Counted from the first letter of the stretch, positions 1-11,416 are shown. The stretch: 64,000 nt of DNA from Microcoleus sp. (GCA_052279835.1 CP181291.1:6016001-6080000), one strand, 5' to 3'. Notes: generated by a model from the sequence alone, not told the origin. Translations and numbers: made by a program.

Positions 1-3000
1 GCTCAAGAGGAATCAGCTTCTCTAGAGGATGGCTCGGAGTCAGATCTAGATTTGGATGCTCTGTTTGGGGGTGTGTCGGAGTCGGGGATGGAGCTAGATG
101 AAGAGATAGAGCCCATTGGTGTGGGTGGGGCTGGGGTGAGGTCCCAGGAAGCAGCAGATTTAGTGGAGTTGTTTGACTCAGTGCCGACAGGAATTGACCA
201 TGAGGATGAAAGTTTGGAAGATATTAACACGGCGCAGTGGCTGAGTTTTGAAGATGTTGCGGAATCCCCTGATGTGGAGTTGTCTCTGTCGGAGCGCAAT
301 ATAGGGGGCGCACTCGATAGTCTGGCGGTTAACTTGCCAGAAAGTGAGTTAGAGCCTGGGTCAGTCAAAATCAGCCGCGGGGATAATCGCATGAATCGGA
401 ATTTTGACGATGAGAATACTTTTGATTTGCTAGAGGATATGTTTGGGGAGGGCATGGATGCCTCCGCTTCGGAAGCCGCTGCTCCGTCATCTGCGGAGTT
501 GGAGGAATCTTTGCCTGTTGTTGCGGATGATTCCTTGGACGAAAATGGGGCAGATTTGTTTGAGGGTCTGTCGGCTATGACTGGTGAACTGACTGGCGAT
601 GATGAGGATGATTTGTTTGAGGTGCTTTCTCGGTCGGTTTCTAGTGGTGATTTGGAAGTGATGTCATCGCAGTTGTCCGATGATGGTTTTGGGGGAGAGA
701 TTGGTTTGTTGGCGGCGCTGGAAACTGGCGCGACTCTCGATACTGCTGATTTGGATGGTTTTGATGATTTGTTGGATTCCATTGATGCTGGTGCTTTGGT
801 AACATCCGAGCTGACCTCTGGTTTTTGGGATACAGAGGAATCGCCGACGACAGATACTTCTGAGTTGGATGGTTCTTCGCTGTCGGGCTTTTTTGAGGGT
901 AATGATGGGGTTGCTGGGGATGGGGAGGAGAGTTTTGATGATTTAGAATCCCTGTTGATTCTGGAGGGTACAGAGGCTGTAATGGCTGCTGTGCCGCTCG
1001 CTAGTCAAACTCCTGTAAACACAGAAGTTTTCTCCGACTTGGAGGAGATGTTGAGCGAAAGCAAAACTGTGCCGGAAATTTATGGGCGATCGACTCTTAC
1101 TCCGGCCACCGGCTCCTCCCAGCAGGGGCGGGATGACTTTAGCGATCTCGAAGCACTGCTGGATGAACCCAAGGAAGGGGTGCGTCAGGGTGAGGCAGGT
1201 ATGAGTTCGCGTCCGGGGGGGATTCGACCCAAGGGGCCTCGTCAGGGATTTGGCGACCAAACTATGCGAGTGCCGGTGAAGCAACTGGATAACCTCAGTA
1301 ACTTGATGGGGGAACTGGTGGTGAATCGGAATAGTTTGGAACAAGACCAGGAACGGATGCGGCAGTTTTTGGATAACTTGCTGCATCAAGTGACTTTATT
1401 GAGTGATGTCAGCCAACGGACTCAGGATTTTTATGAGCGGAGTTTGCTAGAAATTGCGCTCTTAGCGAATCGGCAAGGGCATCGCTCGGCTTGGCGATCG
1501 GAGGATTCTGCCCACCAGCGCGATGGAGCTTGGAAGCCTGAAGAAATGGATCGGTTTACTCCTTTCCACAGTTTGGCTCAGGAGATTATTGAGTTAATCG
1601 TGCGGGTGCGGGAGTCCGCGGCAGATATTGAGTTTTTGGTGGATGAAGCAGATCAGGTGACTCGTCAGTTGCGACAGGTGACTACTCAGTTGCAGGAAGG
1701 ATTGACTAAGGCTCGGATGAAGCCCTTTGCAGAGACGACCGATCGCTTATTCCGTGCTGTGCGAGAAGTTGGGATTAAATGCGGGAAGCAGGCTCAGTTG
1801 CAAGTGGAAGGAAAAGAGATTTTGATTGACAAGATGATTGTGGATCAGCTCTATGACCCCATGACTCACTTGGTGAATAATGCCATTACCCATGGCATTG
1901 AGTCGCCAGAGGTGCGCTTGGCCGCTGGGAAACCTGCCATGGGAAGGATTACGATTCGGGCTTTTCATCAAGGAAATCAAACCGTAATTTCGGTGTCTGA
2001 TGATGGGGCTGGTATTGACCCTCAGAAGGTGAAGGCTAAGGCGATTAAGCAAGGTTTGTTGACGGCGGCTCAGGCTCAGAGAATGACTCGCTCCGAGGTT
2101 TATGAGTTGTTGTTTAGACCTGGTTTTAGCACTCAGGAACAAGCTACAGAGTTTGCTGGCCGTGGGGTGGGGATGGATGTGGTCCTGACTTCTTTGCAGG
2201 AGATTCGGGGGACTGTGGGCATTGATTCTACCCTTGGTAAGGGGACTGTGTTTACGATTCGATTGCCTTTGGTGTTGAGTATTTCTAAGGCTTTGTGTTG
2301 TATTAGCGATCGAGCTCGGATTGCCTTTCCCATGGATGGGGTTGAGGATATGATTGATGTTCCTCGCGATCAGGTGACGAAAGGAGCTGATGGGCTTCCT
2401 TGCATCGATTGGCGTGGTTCGATTTTGCCTTTCCGTCCGCTGCGAGATTTGTTGGCTTATCATCGCCATTTGGGCCGTGGCAGTGTTTATGGCTTTAATA
2501 CTGACGATGACATGATTTCGGTGATTGTGTTGCGCTCTGCTGGCAATTTCTTGGCCGTGCAGGTGGATCAGGTTTCTACTGAACAGGAAATTGTGATTAA
2601 GCAGTTGGAAGGGCCTGTCCCCAAGCCGGTGGGGATTGCTGGGGCTACTGTGTTGGGGGATGGTCGGATTGTGGCGATCGCCGATGTTCTGGAGTTGATT
2701 GATTTGGCTACTGGCAGGCTGCGGAAGGATGCTGGTGGTACTTTGTGGGATGAGGGCGATCGGGTTCCTGTTGAGCCGGTGGAGGAGAAGGCTGAGCCGA
2801 CGGTGTTGATTGTGGATGACTCGATTACGGTGCGATCGCTCCTATCAATTACTTTCGAGAAGTCTGGCTATCGTGTGGAAGAAGCTCGCGATGGTAAGGA
2901 GGCTTGGGAGAAGATGAAGTCTGGTTTGCCTTGCGATATCGTGTTCTGCGATATTGAAATGCCTCGAATGGATGGTTTGGAGCTGCTTTCTCGAATGCAG

Positions 3001-3189
3001 AAGGATGCTGTTTTGTGTGAGTTGCCGATCGCGATGTTGACTTCTCGTGGTGCTGACAGACACCGCCAAATGGCTTACAGTTTGGGCGCGAAAGGTTATT
3101 TCACCAAGCCTTATTTGGAGGAGCAATTGCTCGATGCTGCTGCTCGGATGTTGAAGGGTGAGGTTGTTGGTGCTCCGGTTGGTGTTTAA
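1..3189 (+). CDS. cheA: CheA-like hybrid histidine kinase/response regulator (PilL/PixL type), 5' partial
   Basis: Frame is open from base 1. Long acidic linker, dimerisation region (RVPVKQLDNLSNLMGELV), HATPase boxes (HLVNNAITHGIE, DDGAGID, GRGVGMDVV), CheW domain and C-terminal receiver (LIVDDS...DIEMPRMDG...KP). Confidence 0.93.
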   Translation, partial: AQEESASLEDGSESDLDLDALFGGVSESGMELDEEIEPIGVGGAGVRSQEAADLVELFDSVPTGIDHEDESLEDINTAQWLSFEDVAESPDVELSLSERNIGGALDSLAVNLPESELEPGSVKISRGDNRMNRNFDDENTFDLLEDMFGEGMDASASEAAAPSSAELEESLPVVADDSLDENGADLFEGLSAMTGELTGDDEDDLFEVLSRSVSSGDLEVMSSQLSDDGFGGEIGLLAALETGATLDTADLDGFDDLLDSIDAGALVTSELTSGFWDTEESPTTDTSELDGSSLSGFFEGNDGVAGDGEESFDDLESLLILEGTEAVMAAVPLASQTPVNTEVFSDLEEMLSESKTVPEIYGRSTLTPATGSSQQGRDDFSDLEALLDEPKEGVRQGEAGMSSRPGGIRPKGPRQGFGDQTMRVPVKQLDNLSNLMGELVVNRNSLEQDQERMRQFLDNLLHQVTLLSDVSQRTQDFYERSLLEIALLANRQGHRSAWRSEDSAHQRDGAWKPEEMDRFTPFHSLAQEIIELIVRVRESAADIEFLVDEADQVTRQLRQVTTQLQEGLTKARMKPFAETTDRLFRAVREVGIKCGKQAQLQVEGKEILIDKMIVDQLYDPMTHLVNNAITHGIESPEVRLAAGKPAMGRITIRAFHQGNQTVISVSDDGAGIDPQKVKAKAIKQGLLTAAQAQRMTRSEVYELLFRPGFSTQEQATEFAGRGVGMDVVLTSLQEIRGTVGIDSTLGKGTVFTIRLPLVLSISKALCCISDRARIAFPMDGVEDMIDVPRDQVTKGADGLPCIDWRGSILPFRPLRDLLAYHRHLGRGSVYGFNTDDDMISVIVLRSAGNFLAVQVDQVSTEQEIVIKQLEGPVPKPVGIAGATVLGDGRIVAIADVLELIDLATGRLRKDAGGTLWDEGDRVPVEPVEEKAEPTVLIVDDSITVRSLLSITFEKSGYRVEEARDGKEAWEKMKSGLPCDIVFCDIEMPRMDGLELLSRMQKDAVLCELPIAMLTSRGADRHRQMAYSLGAKGYFTKPYLEEQLLDAAARMLKGEVVGAPVGV

Positions 3190-3447
3190 GCCGACACACC
3201 CCCAGCCCCTCTCTAGAGGGGAGTTAGATCCGGTTCTCCTGCTGGGAGGTAGGGGGGTAGGCACGCACCATCCACTACCCCTACAAAGCCCTCGTTTTTT
3301 GGAGAATGAAACCGCCCTGCTCGTGGGCGGGTCTAGATCCGGTTCCCCTCCTGGGAGGGGCTAGGGGTGGGTCTTATTTCCCATCATTGTTTTTTTTGAC
3401 AAGGAATCCGCCCTGGTTAAGAAGGGGCCAAGGAGGAGACGGCAAGG

Positions 3448-3674
3448 CCCATAGGTGTCAACTTAAGGTCAAATCCAGTCATAGACTGCTGTTTGACTAT
3501 TAAGGCCAGATCCCCCCTAGCCCCCCTTAAGAAGGGGGGGACAAGAGTCGGATCTTTCGTCCCCCTTCCCCCATCCCCCTTGGGGGGCAGGGGGGGTGGG
3601 GATGCGAGGGGGGTCTAGACTTAGGTAAAAGCGAGAGATACCAAGGATTTCAGGCGATTGTTGACACTAATGGG
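3448..3674. mobile_element. MITE-like element with an internal C/G-run hairpin repeat
   Basis: Terminal inverted repeats CCCATAGGTGTCAAC (3448-3462) and GTTGACACTAATGGG (3660-3674), 13/15 match. Interior AGATCCCCCCTAGCCCCCCTTAAG...GGGGGGTCT resembles 33754-33838. Confidence 0.6.
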
Positions 3675-3793
3675 CAATGCCGTATCCCTACCCCCAAAAT
3701 GAGTTCCGTTAACAAACCGGATTTTTGCCCAGGCGCGTTTGGTTTTGGTGCTAGGCTAATTTGTGGGGTGTATAGAAGGGCGATCGATTATTT

Positions 3794-5017
3794 ATGGATG
3801 CTGAAGAACTTTTAGAAAGATACGCTAAAGGCGAACGACAATTTCATTCAGCTATGCTCAGAGGGGTAGACCTCAAAGGTGCAGACTTAAGTGGGATAGA
3901 CTTAAGCTCCGCAAACTTGACAGCAGCAGAGTTGAATGAGGCAAACTTAACGAAAGCAACCCTTAATGGTACAAACCTCACGAAGGCATCTTTGAAAAGT
4001 ACGAATTTGAGCGGGTTAGTACAAGCTCAATCTGCAAACTTCACTGATGCAGATTTGTGCGGTGCTAATTTGAGTAAAGCCAATTTGAATTCTGCTAATT
4101 TTAGTAATGCCAACTTGAATGAAGCAAACTTAAGTGATGCCCAACTAACTGGTGCAAACTTCACTGAAGCATCTTTGATTGAAGTGTGTTTGAGTAGAGC
4201 TAAACTTAACAGTGCAAACCTGACTAAAGCAAACTTGACTGAAGCAGACTTAAGTCGGGCAGATATAACTAGCATAACCATCAAAGATACTAATCTTCAG
4301 GGAGCCAAGCTGCGCGGTGTCAATTTATCTCAAAAGGACTTGTCGGGTATCAATCTAGCAGAAGCCGATTTAGCTGGAGCTGAATTGACAGACATAAATC
4401 TGAGAAACGCTTGTTTGCGGGGTGCGAATTTAGAGAGGACAGGTCTTCACAGAGCTAATTTGATCCGAGCAAATCTGGAGGCTGCTAAGCTTAAGAGAGC
4501 AGATTTGACTGATGCCAAGACTTATGGTATGAATATCAAAAATGCAGACTTCACTGGTACAATCATGCCCGATGGAGAATTTTACAAACCGGAAATTTAT
4601 CAACAAGAATCCCAAAAAGTAACATCTATGACGCGCAAAATTATTCGTACTGACAAAGCCCCCGCACCCGTGGGCCCTTACAATCAAGCGATCGCCGCTT
4701 CTGGTACTATGCTGTTTGTAGCTGGCCAAATTGCGATCGACACTAGACTAAACGATATTGTCTACACCGACGATGTAGCAAAACAAACACAACAAGTTAT
4801 GGCAAATCTCGAAGCCATTCTCACAGAAGCCGGTGCGACTTGGTTGGATGTGGTAAAAACTACGGTGTTTCTCAAAGATATGAATGATTTCGCTGCTGTG
4901 AATGCGGTTTATGGGAAGTATTTTGATGCGGAAACAGCACCGGCGCGCGCTTGTGTAGAGGTTTCGCGTTTACCGAAGGATGTGTTAGTTGAAATTGATT
5001 GTATTGCTGTGATTTGA
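3794..5017 (+). CDS. Pentapeptide-repeat protein fused to a C-terminal RidA (YjgF/YER057c/UK114) domain
   Basis: About 250 aa of A(N/D)Lxx repeats ending TIMPDG, then MTRKIIRTDKAPAPVGPYNQA...PARACVEVSRLPKDVLVEIDCIA in the same frame. Confidence 0.9.
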   Translation: MDAEELLERYAKGERQFHSAMLRGVDLKGADLSGIDLSSANLTAAELNEANLTKATLNGTNLTKASLKSTNLSGLVQAQSANFTDADLCGANLSKANLNSANFSNANLNEANLSDAQLTGANFTEASLIEVCLSRAKLNSANLTKANLTEADLSRADITSITIKDTNLQGAKLRGVNLSQKDLSGINLAEADLAGAELTDINLRNACLRGANLERTGLHRANLIRANLEAAKLKRADLTDAKTYGMNIKNADFTGTIMPDGEFYKPEIYQQESQKVTSMTRKIIRTDKAPAPVGPYNQAIAASGTMLFVAGQIAIDTRLNDIVYTDDVAKQTQQVMANLEAILTEAGATWLDVVKTTVFLKDMNDFAAVNAVYGKYFDAETAPARACVEVSRLPKDVLVEIDCIAVI

Positions 5018-5344
5018 TTTCCTCTTTTTCTTAAATCTCTGACTCGTTCAATCTGTCGGGGGTTTGGTTATATGGGAATTATTTAACCGCAGAGAACGCA
5101 GAGGGCACAGAGGGAGAGAAGAGAGATGGTTGATATTGATTTATGCCTCCCTCTAAGCATACTTCATATTTTCTTCAGTCCGCGTAGGCGGACTTCGTTT
5201 GTGTAGTTGCGGTTTCAACCGCCGAATGATACTGAGGGGAAAGTGCGCGAATTTATTAACTCTAACAGCCGATCGCACTTGTCGATCTGTCGCTGTCGCG
5301 CACCCTACTCCTAAATCAATCTGAAAACAATCAGATTTAATTTC

Positions 5345-5430
5345 AATTAGCAATTAGGAATTACTAATTACCAGTTACCAATTAGCAATTAGCAATTACT
5401 CTAAAAGCAATTACCAATTACCAACTGTCA
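5345..5430. repeat. Heptamer tandem repeat (STRR-like, CAATTAG/CAATTAC)
   Basis: Directly visible 7-nt periodicity between convergent genes. Confidence 0.75.
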
Positions 5431-5431
5431 A

Positions 5432-7585
5432 CTATTTATTCAACGCTTCACGGGCGGCAACCGCTTCGTCAGGATGAATATTCAATCGGGTCAAATTGAT
5501 CCGACCTTTATTGTCAATTTCTCGCACTTTGACAATCACTTCGTCGCCGACAGCTAACTCATCTTCCACTTTGCCAACGCGGTAGTCGGCTAACTGCGAA
5601 ATGTGAATCATGCCTTCTTTTCCGGGCAGAATTTCCACAAAAGCGCCGATCGGAATAATCCGAGTAACGTGGCCAACATACACGTCTCCTGCATTCAACT
5701 TGCGTGTCATGCCTTGGATAATGCTGTGAGCTCGTTGAGCTTTTTCGCTGTCGTTGCCGGCAATTGTGACGGTTCCGTCGTCTTCGATGTCAATTTTGAC
5801 GCCGGTTTCTTCGGTGATGGCTTTGATGGTTTTGCCACCTGGTCCAATTACTAAACCGATGAATTCGGGGTCGATTTTCAGGGTTAGCAAACGCGGTGCA
5901 AAGGGCGACATTTCCTTGCGGGGAGTGTCGATGGTTGACAGCATTCTTTCTAGAATGTGCAGTCTGGCTGGTTTGGCTTGGCGGATGGCATTGGCAATCA
6001 CATCTAAGGGTAAACCTTTGATTTTCATGTCCATTTGCAAAGCAGTAATCCCGGTGTCGGTACCGGCTACTTTGAAGTCCATGTCGCCTAAAAAGTCTTC
6101 AATTGCCTGAATGTCAGTCAAAATTCGGACTTCATCGCCTTCTTTAATTAACCCCATTGCTGCGCCGCTGACTGGTTGGGACAGGGGTACGCCTGCGTCC
6201 ATCAGGGCTAGGGTTGAGGCGCAAACGGAACCCATGGAGGTGGAACCGTCGGAAGAGAGAATTTCCGATACTACGCGAATCACGTAGGGGAAGTCTTCTT
6301 TTGATGGCAACACTGGGACTAGGGCTCGTTCTGCTAGGGCTCCGTGACCGATTTCTCGGCGTCCGGGCGATCGCATGGGTTTGGTTTCTCCCACGGAAAA
6401 GGGCGGGAAATTGTAGTGGTGCAGGTAGCGTTTGTCTTGCTGTGGGTGCAAGTCGTCTGCTAAGTCTTGGGCATCGCCTGGGGTTCCCAGGGTTGCTGCC
6501 GACAGCACTTGAGTCAAGCCCCGATTAAACAACGCACTGCCATGTACTCGCGACGGGAGGACGCCGACGCGACAAGAAACGGGTCTGACCTCGTCTAGCT
6601 TGCGGCCGTCTACACGGACGCCATCTTCGAGGATTTGCTTGCGCATCATTTTTTTGGTGACGTCCTTGAAAACGTTGCCGATCGCCTTGCTGTTGGCGGT
6701 GGCGGCTACTTTTACCGGATCGTCTTCGGAGAGTTCGGCGATCGCAGCTTCTACTGCATTTGCCTTAACTTCGTCCAAAGCTGCGTTGCGCTGATTTTTG
6801 TCTTGTTCAAATTTAGACAAAATAAAGCGGATTGGGGCTTCGGCGCGATCGCGAATAAAGTTTTCCAGGGCTGAGTCTAGGGATGGCCGTTCTTCCACCA
6901 CCAAATCTATGCCCAATTCTGCCATGATTTCCCGTTGGGCTTGAATCAAGTCACAGGTTGCTTCGTAGCCGAAGTCGATCGCCTCGATGATATCCTGTTC
7001 TGGCAATTGGTTAGCGCTGGCTTCCACCATGATTACTCCATCTGGAGAACCCGCCACCACTAAATCTAATTCGCCTTCTTTGATTTCGCTGTAGGTAGGA
7101 TTGATGATGAAGTCGTCTCCTACCAAACCAACTCGGACTGCTGCCATGGGTCCATAAAAGGGCATTTTCCCTAGCAAGATCGCTACGGAAGCCCCTGTCA
7201 CCGCCAAAACGTCTGGGGGTACTTGTTCGTCCATTGACAGCGTTGTGGCGACGACTTGGATGTCGTCTCTGAGCCAGCTTGGAAATAGCGGACGCAACGG
7301 TCGATCGATCAAACGGCCCGTGAGAGTCACTTTTTCTGGGGGACGGCCTTCCCGGCGCAAAAATCCACCGGGAATTTTACCACCTGCGTACAGTCTCTCT
7401 TCGTAATCCACTAACAGGGGCAGGAAATCAATTCCTTCTCTCCCCTGGGAGCGAGTTGCCGTCACTAAAACCGCCGTGTCACCCGACTGAATCAAAACTG
7501 CACCGCCTGCTTGAGGCGCTAGTAAACCAATCTTCAGTCTAATATCCCGTCCATCAAAGGATATTGACTTGTCTATCTCTACCAT
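5432..7585 (-). CDS. pnp: Polyribonucleotide nucleotidyltransferase (PNPase)
   Basis: Two RNase PH domains ([34 protein letters not shown]), then KH and S1 domains. Confidence 0.98.
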   Translation of the reverse strand: MVEIDKSISFDGRDIRLKIGLLAPQAGGAVLIQSGDTAVLVTATRSQGREGIDFLPLLVDYEERLYAGGKIPGGFLRREGRPPEKVTLTGRLIDRPLRPLFPSWLRDDIQVVATTLSMDEQVPPDVLAVTGASVAILLGKMPFYGPMAAVRVGLVGDDFIINPTYSEIKEGELDLVVAGSPDGVIMVEASANQLPEQDIIEAIDFGYEATCDLIQAQREIMAELGIDLVVEERPSLDSALENFIRDRAEAPIRFILSKFEQDKNQRNAALDEVKANAVEAAIAELSEDDPVKVAATANSKAIGNVFKDVTKKMMRKQILEDGVRVDGRKLDEVRPVSCRVGVLPSRVHGSALFNRGLTQVLSAATLGTPGDAQDLADDLHPQQDKRYLHHYNFPPFSVGETKPMRSPGRREIGHGALAERALVPVLPSKEDFPYVIRVVSEILSSDGSTSMGSVCASTLALMDAGVPLSQPVSGAAMGLIKEGDEVRILTDIQAIEDFLGDMDFKVAGTDTGITALQMDMKIKGLPLDVIANAIRQAKPARLHILERMLSTIDTPRKEMSPFAPRLLTLKIDPEFIGLVIGPGGKTIKAITEETGVKIDIEDDGTVTIAGNDSEKAQRAHSIIQGMTRKLNAGDVYVGHVTRIIPIGAFVEILPGKEGMIHISQLADYRVGKVEDELAVGDEVIVKVREIDNKGRINLTRLNIHPDEAVAAREALNK

Positions 7586-7884
7586 GTAGCACTGCTTCCT
7601 TATCTACCACATTCTTTCTCTGTCGGGATCGTAACATTAACCACAGGGCTTTGAGAGGAAGCGGGGAAAAGAGAGCAATAATTGTGGTTCGATCGAGGTT
7701 TTGCGCCGAAATCATGAGTAATTATACTCTCCCAGGATGCGGGCTCTTCTGGGAGCGATGGGGCGATCGCCCGCCGCATCTCTGAAATAGGTGGTAGGAT
7801 CTTCGTTTGGGCATGGGGCAAAGTCGGAGTCCGGGATTGGACACAGGAGATATGGCCAAGGTGTTGCTGAGGAATGGAAACCCA

Positions 7885-8052
7885 TAAATAACCAATAACC
7901 CTTAGACTACCCTTCGGCGAAGCAGAGTTCTTAAGCGCGAGCTAGCACCGCAAATAACAAATAACCCTTCGACTTCGGTGGCTGGCGACGCCAACAACCA
8001 ATAACAAATAACAAATAACCAATAACAAATAACCAATAACAAATAACCAATA
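7885..8052. repeat. Heptamer tandem repeats (AATAACC/AATAACA) interrupted by short hairpin repeats
   Basis: Visible 7-nt periodicity. The same unit occurs at 16110-16270, 37425-37550, 50070-50110 and 59775-59910. Confidence 0.8.
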
Positions 8053-8062
8053 CTTAAATAAT

Positions 8063-11000
8063 ATGGCAATTTTACACGGTAGTTGGATAGTCGATTCACA
8101 AGAAAGTTATTTATTTATTTGGGGGGAAACTTGGCGAAAAATTGGGGCGATCGATACCGAATCGGGGACGAATTTTAGCTTTCCCTTGGCCATGACTGAA
8201 GCTGAGTTGAAAACTTTCCTAACTTCTTTGCACCAGTCCGGTAAACTGAATTGGCTGTTACCGGAAACCTCACTTCGACTAAGCTCAGTTACCGCCGAAA
8301 CTCTACAGGAAAAAGGCAAAAAAATTAGGCGATCGACAAAAAATCACAACCCAGAAGTGACAGCAGACAACTCATCGATTCGACCAGAAATTCAGGCGAT
8401 CGCACTTCCTACCCAAATCTCCACATCTAACATCAATCTGGTGTTACCACAGCACTCGGCAGCAACATTGACAGCAGAAGACAATGACAATCTTTACCTT
8501 TTTCCCTGGGAGATAGAGGGATTTTGTCTCAATCCTCAAGCAGCTTTTATTTTCTTGCAAGCACTACCGCTCAATAGCACAGCAACTGACTCTTTTGTCG
8601 GTTCAGATTTGCGTTTTTGGTCTTATATTGCTAGATGGAATTTAGATTTGTTGGCCAGATGCAAGTTTTTACCAGCCTTAGAAATACAGTCTGACGGTTC
8701 GGCTATTGCTAAATGGCAACCTCTGTTAGATAGTTCTACAGATCAACTTCGTCTTGCTACTTTTAGCAAGCAAATGCCGACGGCTTGTCGAACATATCAA
8801 GGGAAGTCAGCCCCCTTCAACTCTACCCAAGGGGGGAAAAAGGGAAGTCAATTTCCTTTAGCCGTGGATTTCCCGGTGGATGCGCAGGAGTTGATTTTGG
8901 GATTTTTGAGCAGTGTTTTAGACAGTCAAGTGCGATCGGCTATTAGCTCAAATATGGGCTCAAATTTAGAAATCAAAACAGTTTCTCCAACCCGCGAATG
9001 GCTGCAATCTTTGCAGCAGGAATCTGGGATAGTTCAAGCAGAATCAGCGGCTTTAGAAAAATTGGCAACTAAGCTGAGTGATTGGAGATCACCGCTGCAA
9101 AATGCACTATCTCAAAAAAATCAATTTCGCACTTGTTTTCAACTGATACCGCCCTCCCCTGGTAAAACTGAATGGAGTTTAAATTATTGTTTGCAAGCAG
9201 TAGAAGAAAATGAATTTTTGGTAGATGCGAGAACTGTTTGGAACAATTCTGTGGAGAGTTTTAATTATGCAGGCAGGACTATACAACTACCTCAAGAAAC
9301 TTTGCTCAGTGGCTTGGGTTTAGCTTCAAAACTTTATCCGTTAATTGAACCTAGTTTGCAAGCACAGCGCCCTCATTGTTGTTTGTTAAAACCTTTAGAT
9401 GCTTACAATTTTATCAAGTCTGTGGCTTGGCGATTCACTGACAGCGGATTGGGCGTAGTTTTGCCACCGAGTTTGTCTCATACTGATGGTTGGGCTAGTC
9501 GTTTGGGTTTGAGCATTCAAGCCGAAACTCCCAAAATAAATTCTGCTAAGGGGGGGTTAGGATTGCAAAGTCTGTTAAGTTTTAAGTGGGAATTGACGAT
9601 CGGGGGACAGCGCATTTCTAAGGCTGAATTTGACAGATTGGTAGGATTGAATTCCCCTTTGGTGGAAATTAACGGCGAGTGGGTGGAATTGCGCGCGCCG
9701 GATGTCAGGGCTGCTCAAACTTTTTTTGCTAGTCGCAAAGAGCAAATGACTCTTTCTTTGGAAGATGCTTTGCGTTTGGCGAATGGTGATTCTCAGACAA
9801 TTGAGAAACTGCCGGTGGTGAATTTTGAAGCAACTGGTCAACTTCAGGAGTTGTTGAATACTTTAAATAATAATGAGGCCGTAAGTGCGATCGCTCCGGC
9901 TAGTTTCCGAGGAAAATTGCGGCCATATCAAGCCCTAGGAGTTGGCTGGTTAGCTTTCTTGGAAAGATGGGGTTTGGGCGCTTGTCTCGCGGATGATATG
10001 GGTTGTGGGAAGACGCTTCAGCTCATTGCATTCTTGTTACATTTGCAAGAAAATGAAGCACTGGAAAATCCAACATTAATAGTTTGTCCGACATCGGTAT
10101 TGGGTAATTGGGAACGGGAAGTCAAGAAATTTGCCCCGACACTAAAAGTGTTATTGCACCACGGAGAAAAACGTGCTAAAGGGAAAGTATTTGCTACGGC
10201 AATTAAGGGCAAACATTTAATTATTACCAGTTATTCCTTAGTGTTTCGTGATGCGAAGGAAATTCAAAGCACTAAGTGGCAAGGATTGGTTTTGGATGAA
10301 GCGCAAAATATTAAAAACTCGGAGTCTCAGCAGTCGAAAATAGTACGAGAAATTGAAGCATCTTTTAAAATTGCGCTGACAGGAACTCCGGTGGAAAATA
10401 GACTGCAAGAATTGTGGTCGATTTTAGAGTTTCTGAATCCTGGATATTTGGGACCTCGCAATTTCTTTCAGCGCCGATTTGCGATTCCCATCGAGAAGTA
10501 TGGAGACAGGGAATCTTTGCAGAGTTTGCGATCGCTCGTGCGGCCTTTTATCCTCCGTCGCCTCAAAACTGACAAATCAATCATCCAGGATTTGCCCGAA
10601 AAACAGGAAATGACTGTATTTTGTGGATTGGCAACTGAACAGGCGACATTATATCAGCAAATAGTTGAAAAGTCAATAACAGAATTGGAATCTGCCGAAG
10701 GTATTCAGCGCCGGGGCATGATTCTGGCTTTGTTGGTAAAACTCAAGCAACTTTGCAATCATCCGGCTCTTTTGACAGCTAAAGAAAACCCGAAATCCTT
10801 GGCAATTAAGAGTCAGGAGTCGGGGAAATTGCAGCGGTTGTTGGAAATGTTGGAAGAAGTTGTCGCTGAGGGCGATCGCTCTTTAATTTTCACTCAATTT
10901 GCCGAATGGGGAAAACTGCTCAAACCACATCTAGAAAAGCATTTAGGTCGAGAAGTTCTGTTTTTGTATGGCGGAATTAAGCAGCAACAGCGGGAAGAAA

Positions 11001-11377
11001 TGATCGATCGCTTCCAGCACGACCCCCAAGGTCCACCGATTATGATTTTATCCTTAAAAGCTGGCGGTACTGGTCTTAATTTGACCAGAGCAACTCATGT
11101 TTTCCACTATGACAGATGGTGGAACCCAGCAGTAGAAAATCAGGCGACTGACCGGGTATTTCGCATTGGTCAAACCCGGAATGTTCAAGTACATAAATTT
11201 GTGTGTACTGGCACATTAGAGGAAAAGATTCATGATATGATTGAAAGCAAGAAAGCCTTGGCTGAACAAGTAGTCAGTGCTGGAGAAAACTGGATTACCG
11301 AGTTAGATACAGACCAACTTCGGAATTTACTAATTCTCGATCGCAATGCTATCATAGAATCTAGTGATGAAGACTAA
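8063..11377 (+). CDS. SNF2-family (SF2) helicase/ATPase
   Basis: LADDMGCGKT, LDEAQNIKN, LTGTPVENR, SLKAGGTGLNL and DRWWNPAVENQATDRVFRIGQ motifs. Confidence 0.96.
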   Translation: MAILHGSWIVDSQESYLFIWGETWRKIGAIDTESGTNFSFPLAMTEAELKTFLTSLHQSGKLNWLLPETSLRLSSVTAETLQEKGKKIRRSTKNHNPEVTADNSSIRPEIQAIALPTQISTSNINLVLPQHSAATLTAEDNDNLYLFPWEIEGFCLNPQAAFIFLQALPLNSTATDSFVGSDLRFWSYIARWNLDLLARCKFLPALEIQSDGSAIAKWQPLLDSSTDQLRLATFSKQMPTACRTYQGKSAPFNSTQGGKKGSQFPLAVDFPVDAQELILGFLSSVLDSQVRSAISSNMGSNLEIKTVSPTREWLQSLQQESGIVQAESAALEKLATKLSDWRSPLQNALSQKNQFRTCFQLIPPSPGKTEWSLNYCLQAVEENEFLVDARTVWNNSVESFNYAGRTIQLPQETLLSGLGLASKLYPLIEPSLQAQRPHCCLLKPLDAYNFIKSVAWRFTDSGLGVVLPPSLSHTDGWASRLGLSIQAETPKINSAKGGLGLQSLLSFKWELTIGGQRISKAEFDRLVGLNSPLVEINGEWVELRAPDVRAAQTFFASRKEQMTLSLEDALRLANGDSQTIEKLPVVNFEATGQLQELLNTLNNNEAVSAIAPASFRGKLRPYQALGVGWLAFLERWGLGACLADDMGCGKTLQLIAFLLHLQENEALENPTLIVCPTSVLGNWEREVKKFAPTLKVLLHHGEKRAKGKVFATAIKGKHLIITSYSLVFRDAKEIQSTKWQGLVLDEAQNIKNSESQQSKIVREIEASFKIALTGTPVENRLQELWSILEFLNPGYLGPRNFFQRRFAIPIEKYGDRESLQSLRSLVRPFILRRLKTDKSIIQDLPEKQEMTVFCGLATEQATLYQQIVEKSITELESAEGIQRRGMILALLVKLKQLCNHPALLTAKENPKSLAIKSQESGKLQRLLEMLEEVVAEGDRSLIFTQFAEWGKLLKPHLEKHLGREVLFLYGGIKQQQREEMIDRFQHDPQGPPIMILSLKAGGTGLNLTRATHVFHYDRWWNPAVENQATDRVFRIGQTRNVQVHKFVCTGTLEEKIHDMIESKKALAEQVVSAGENWITELDTDQLRNLLILDRNAIIESSDED

Positions 11378-11416
11378 AGCTTTTTTCGTTATTCCTTTGC
11401 AACCGGATTTGATATG

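Noticed and set aside
3..3264. Long minus-strand ORFs opposite cheA
   Set aside because: Antisense shadows with low-complexity products and no recognisable motifs.
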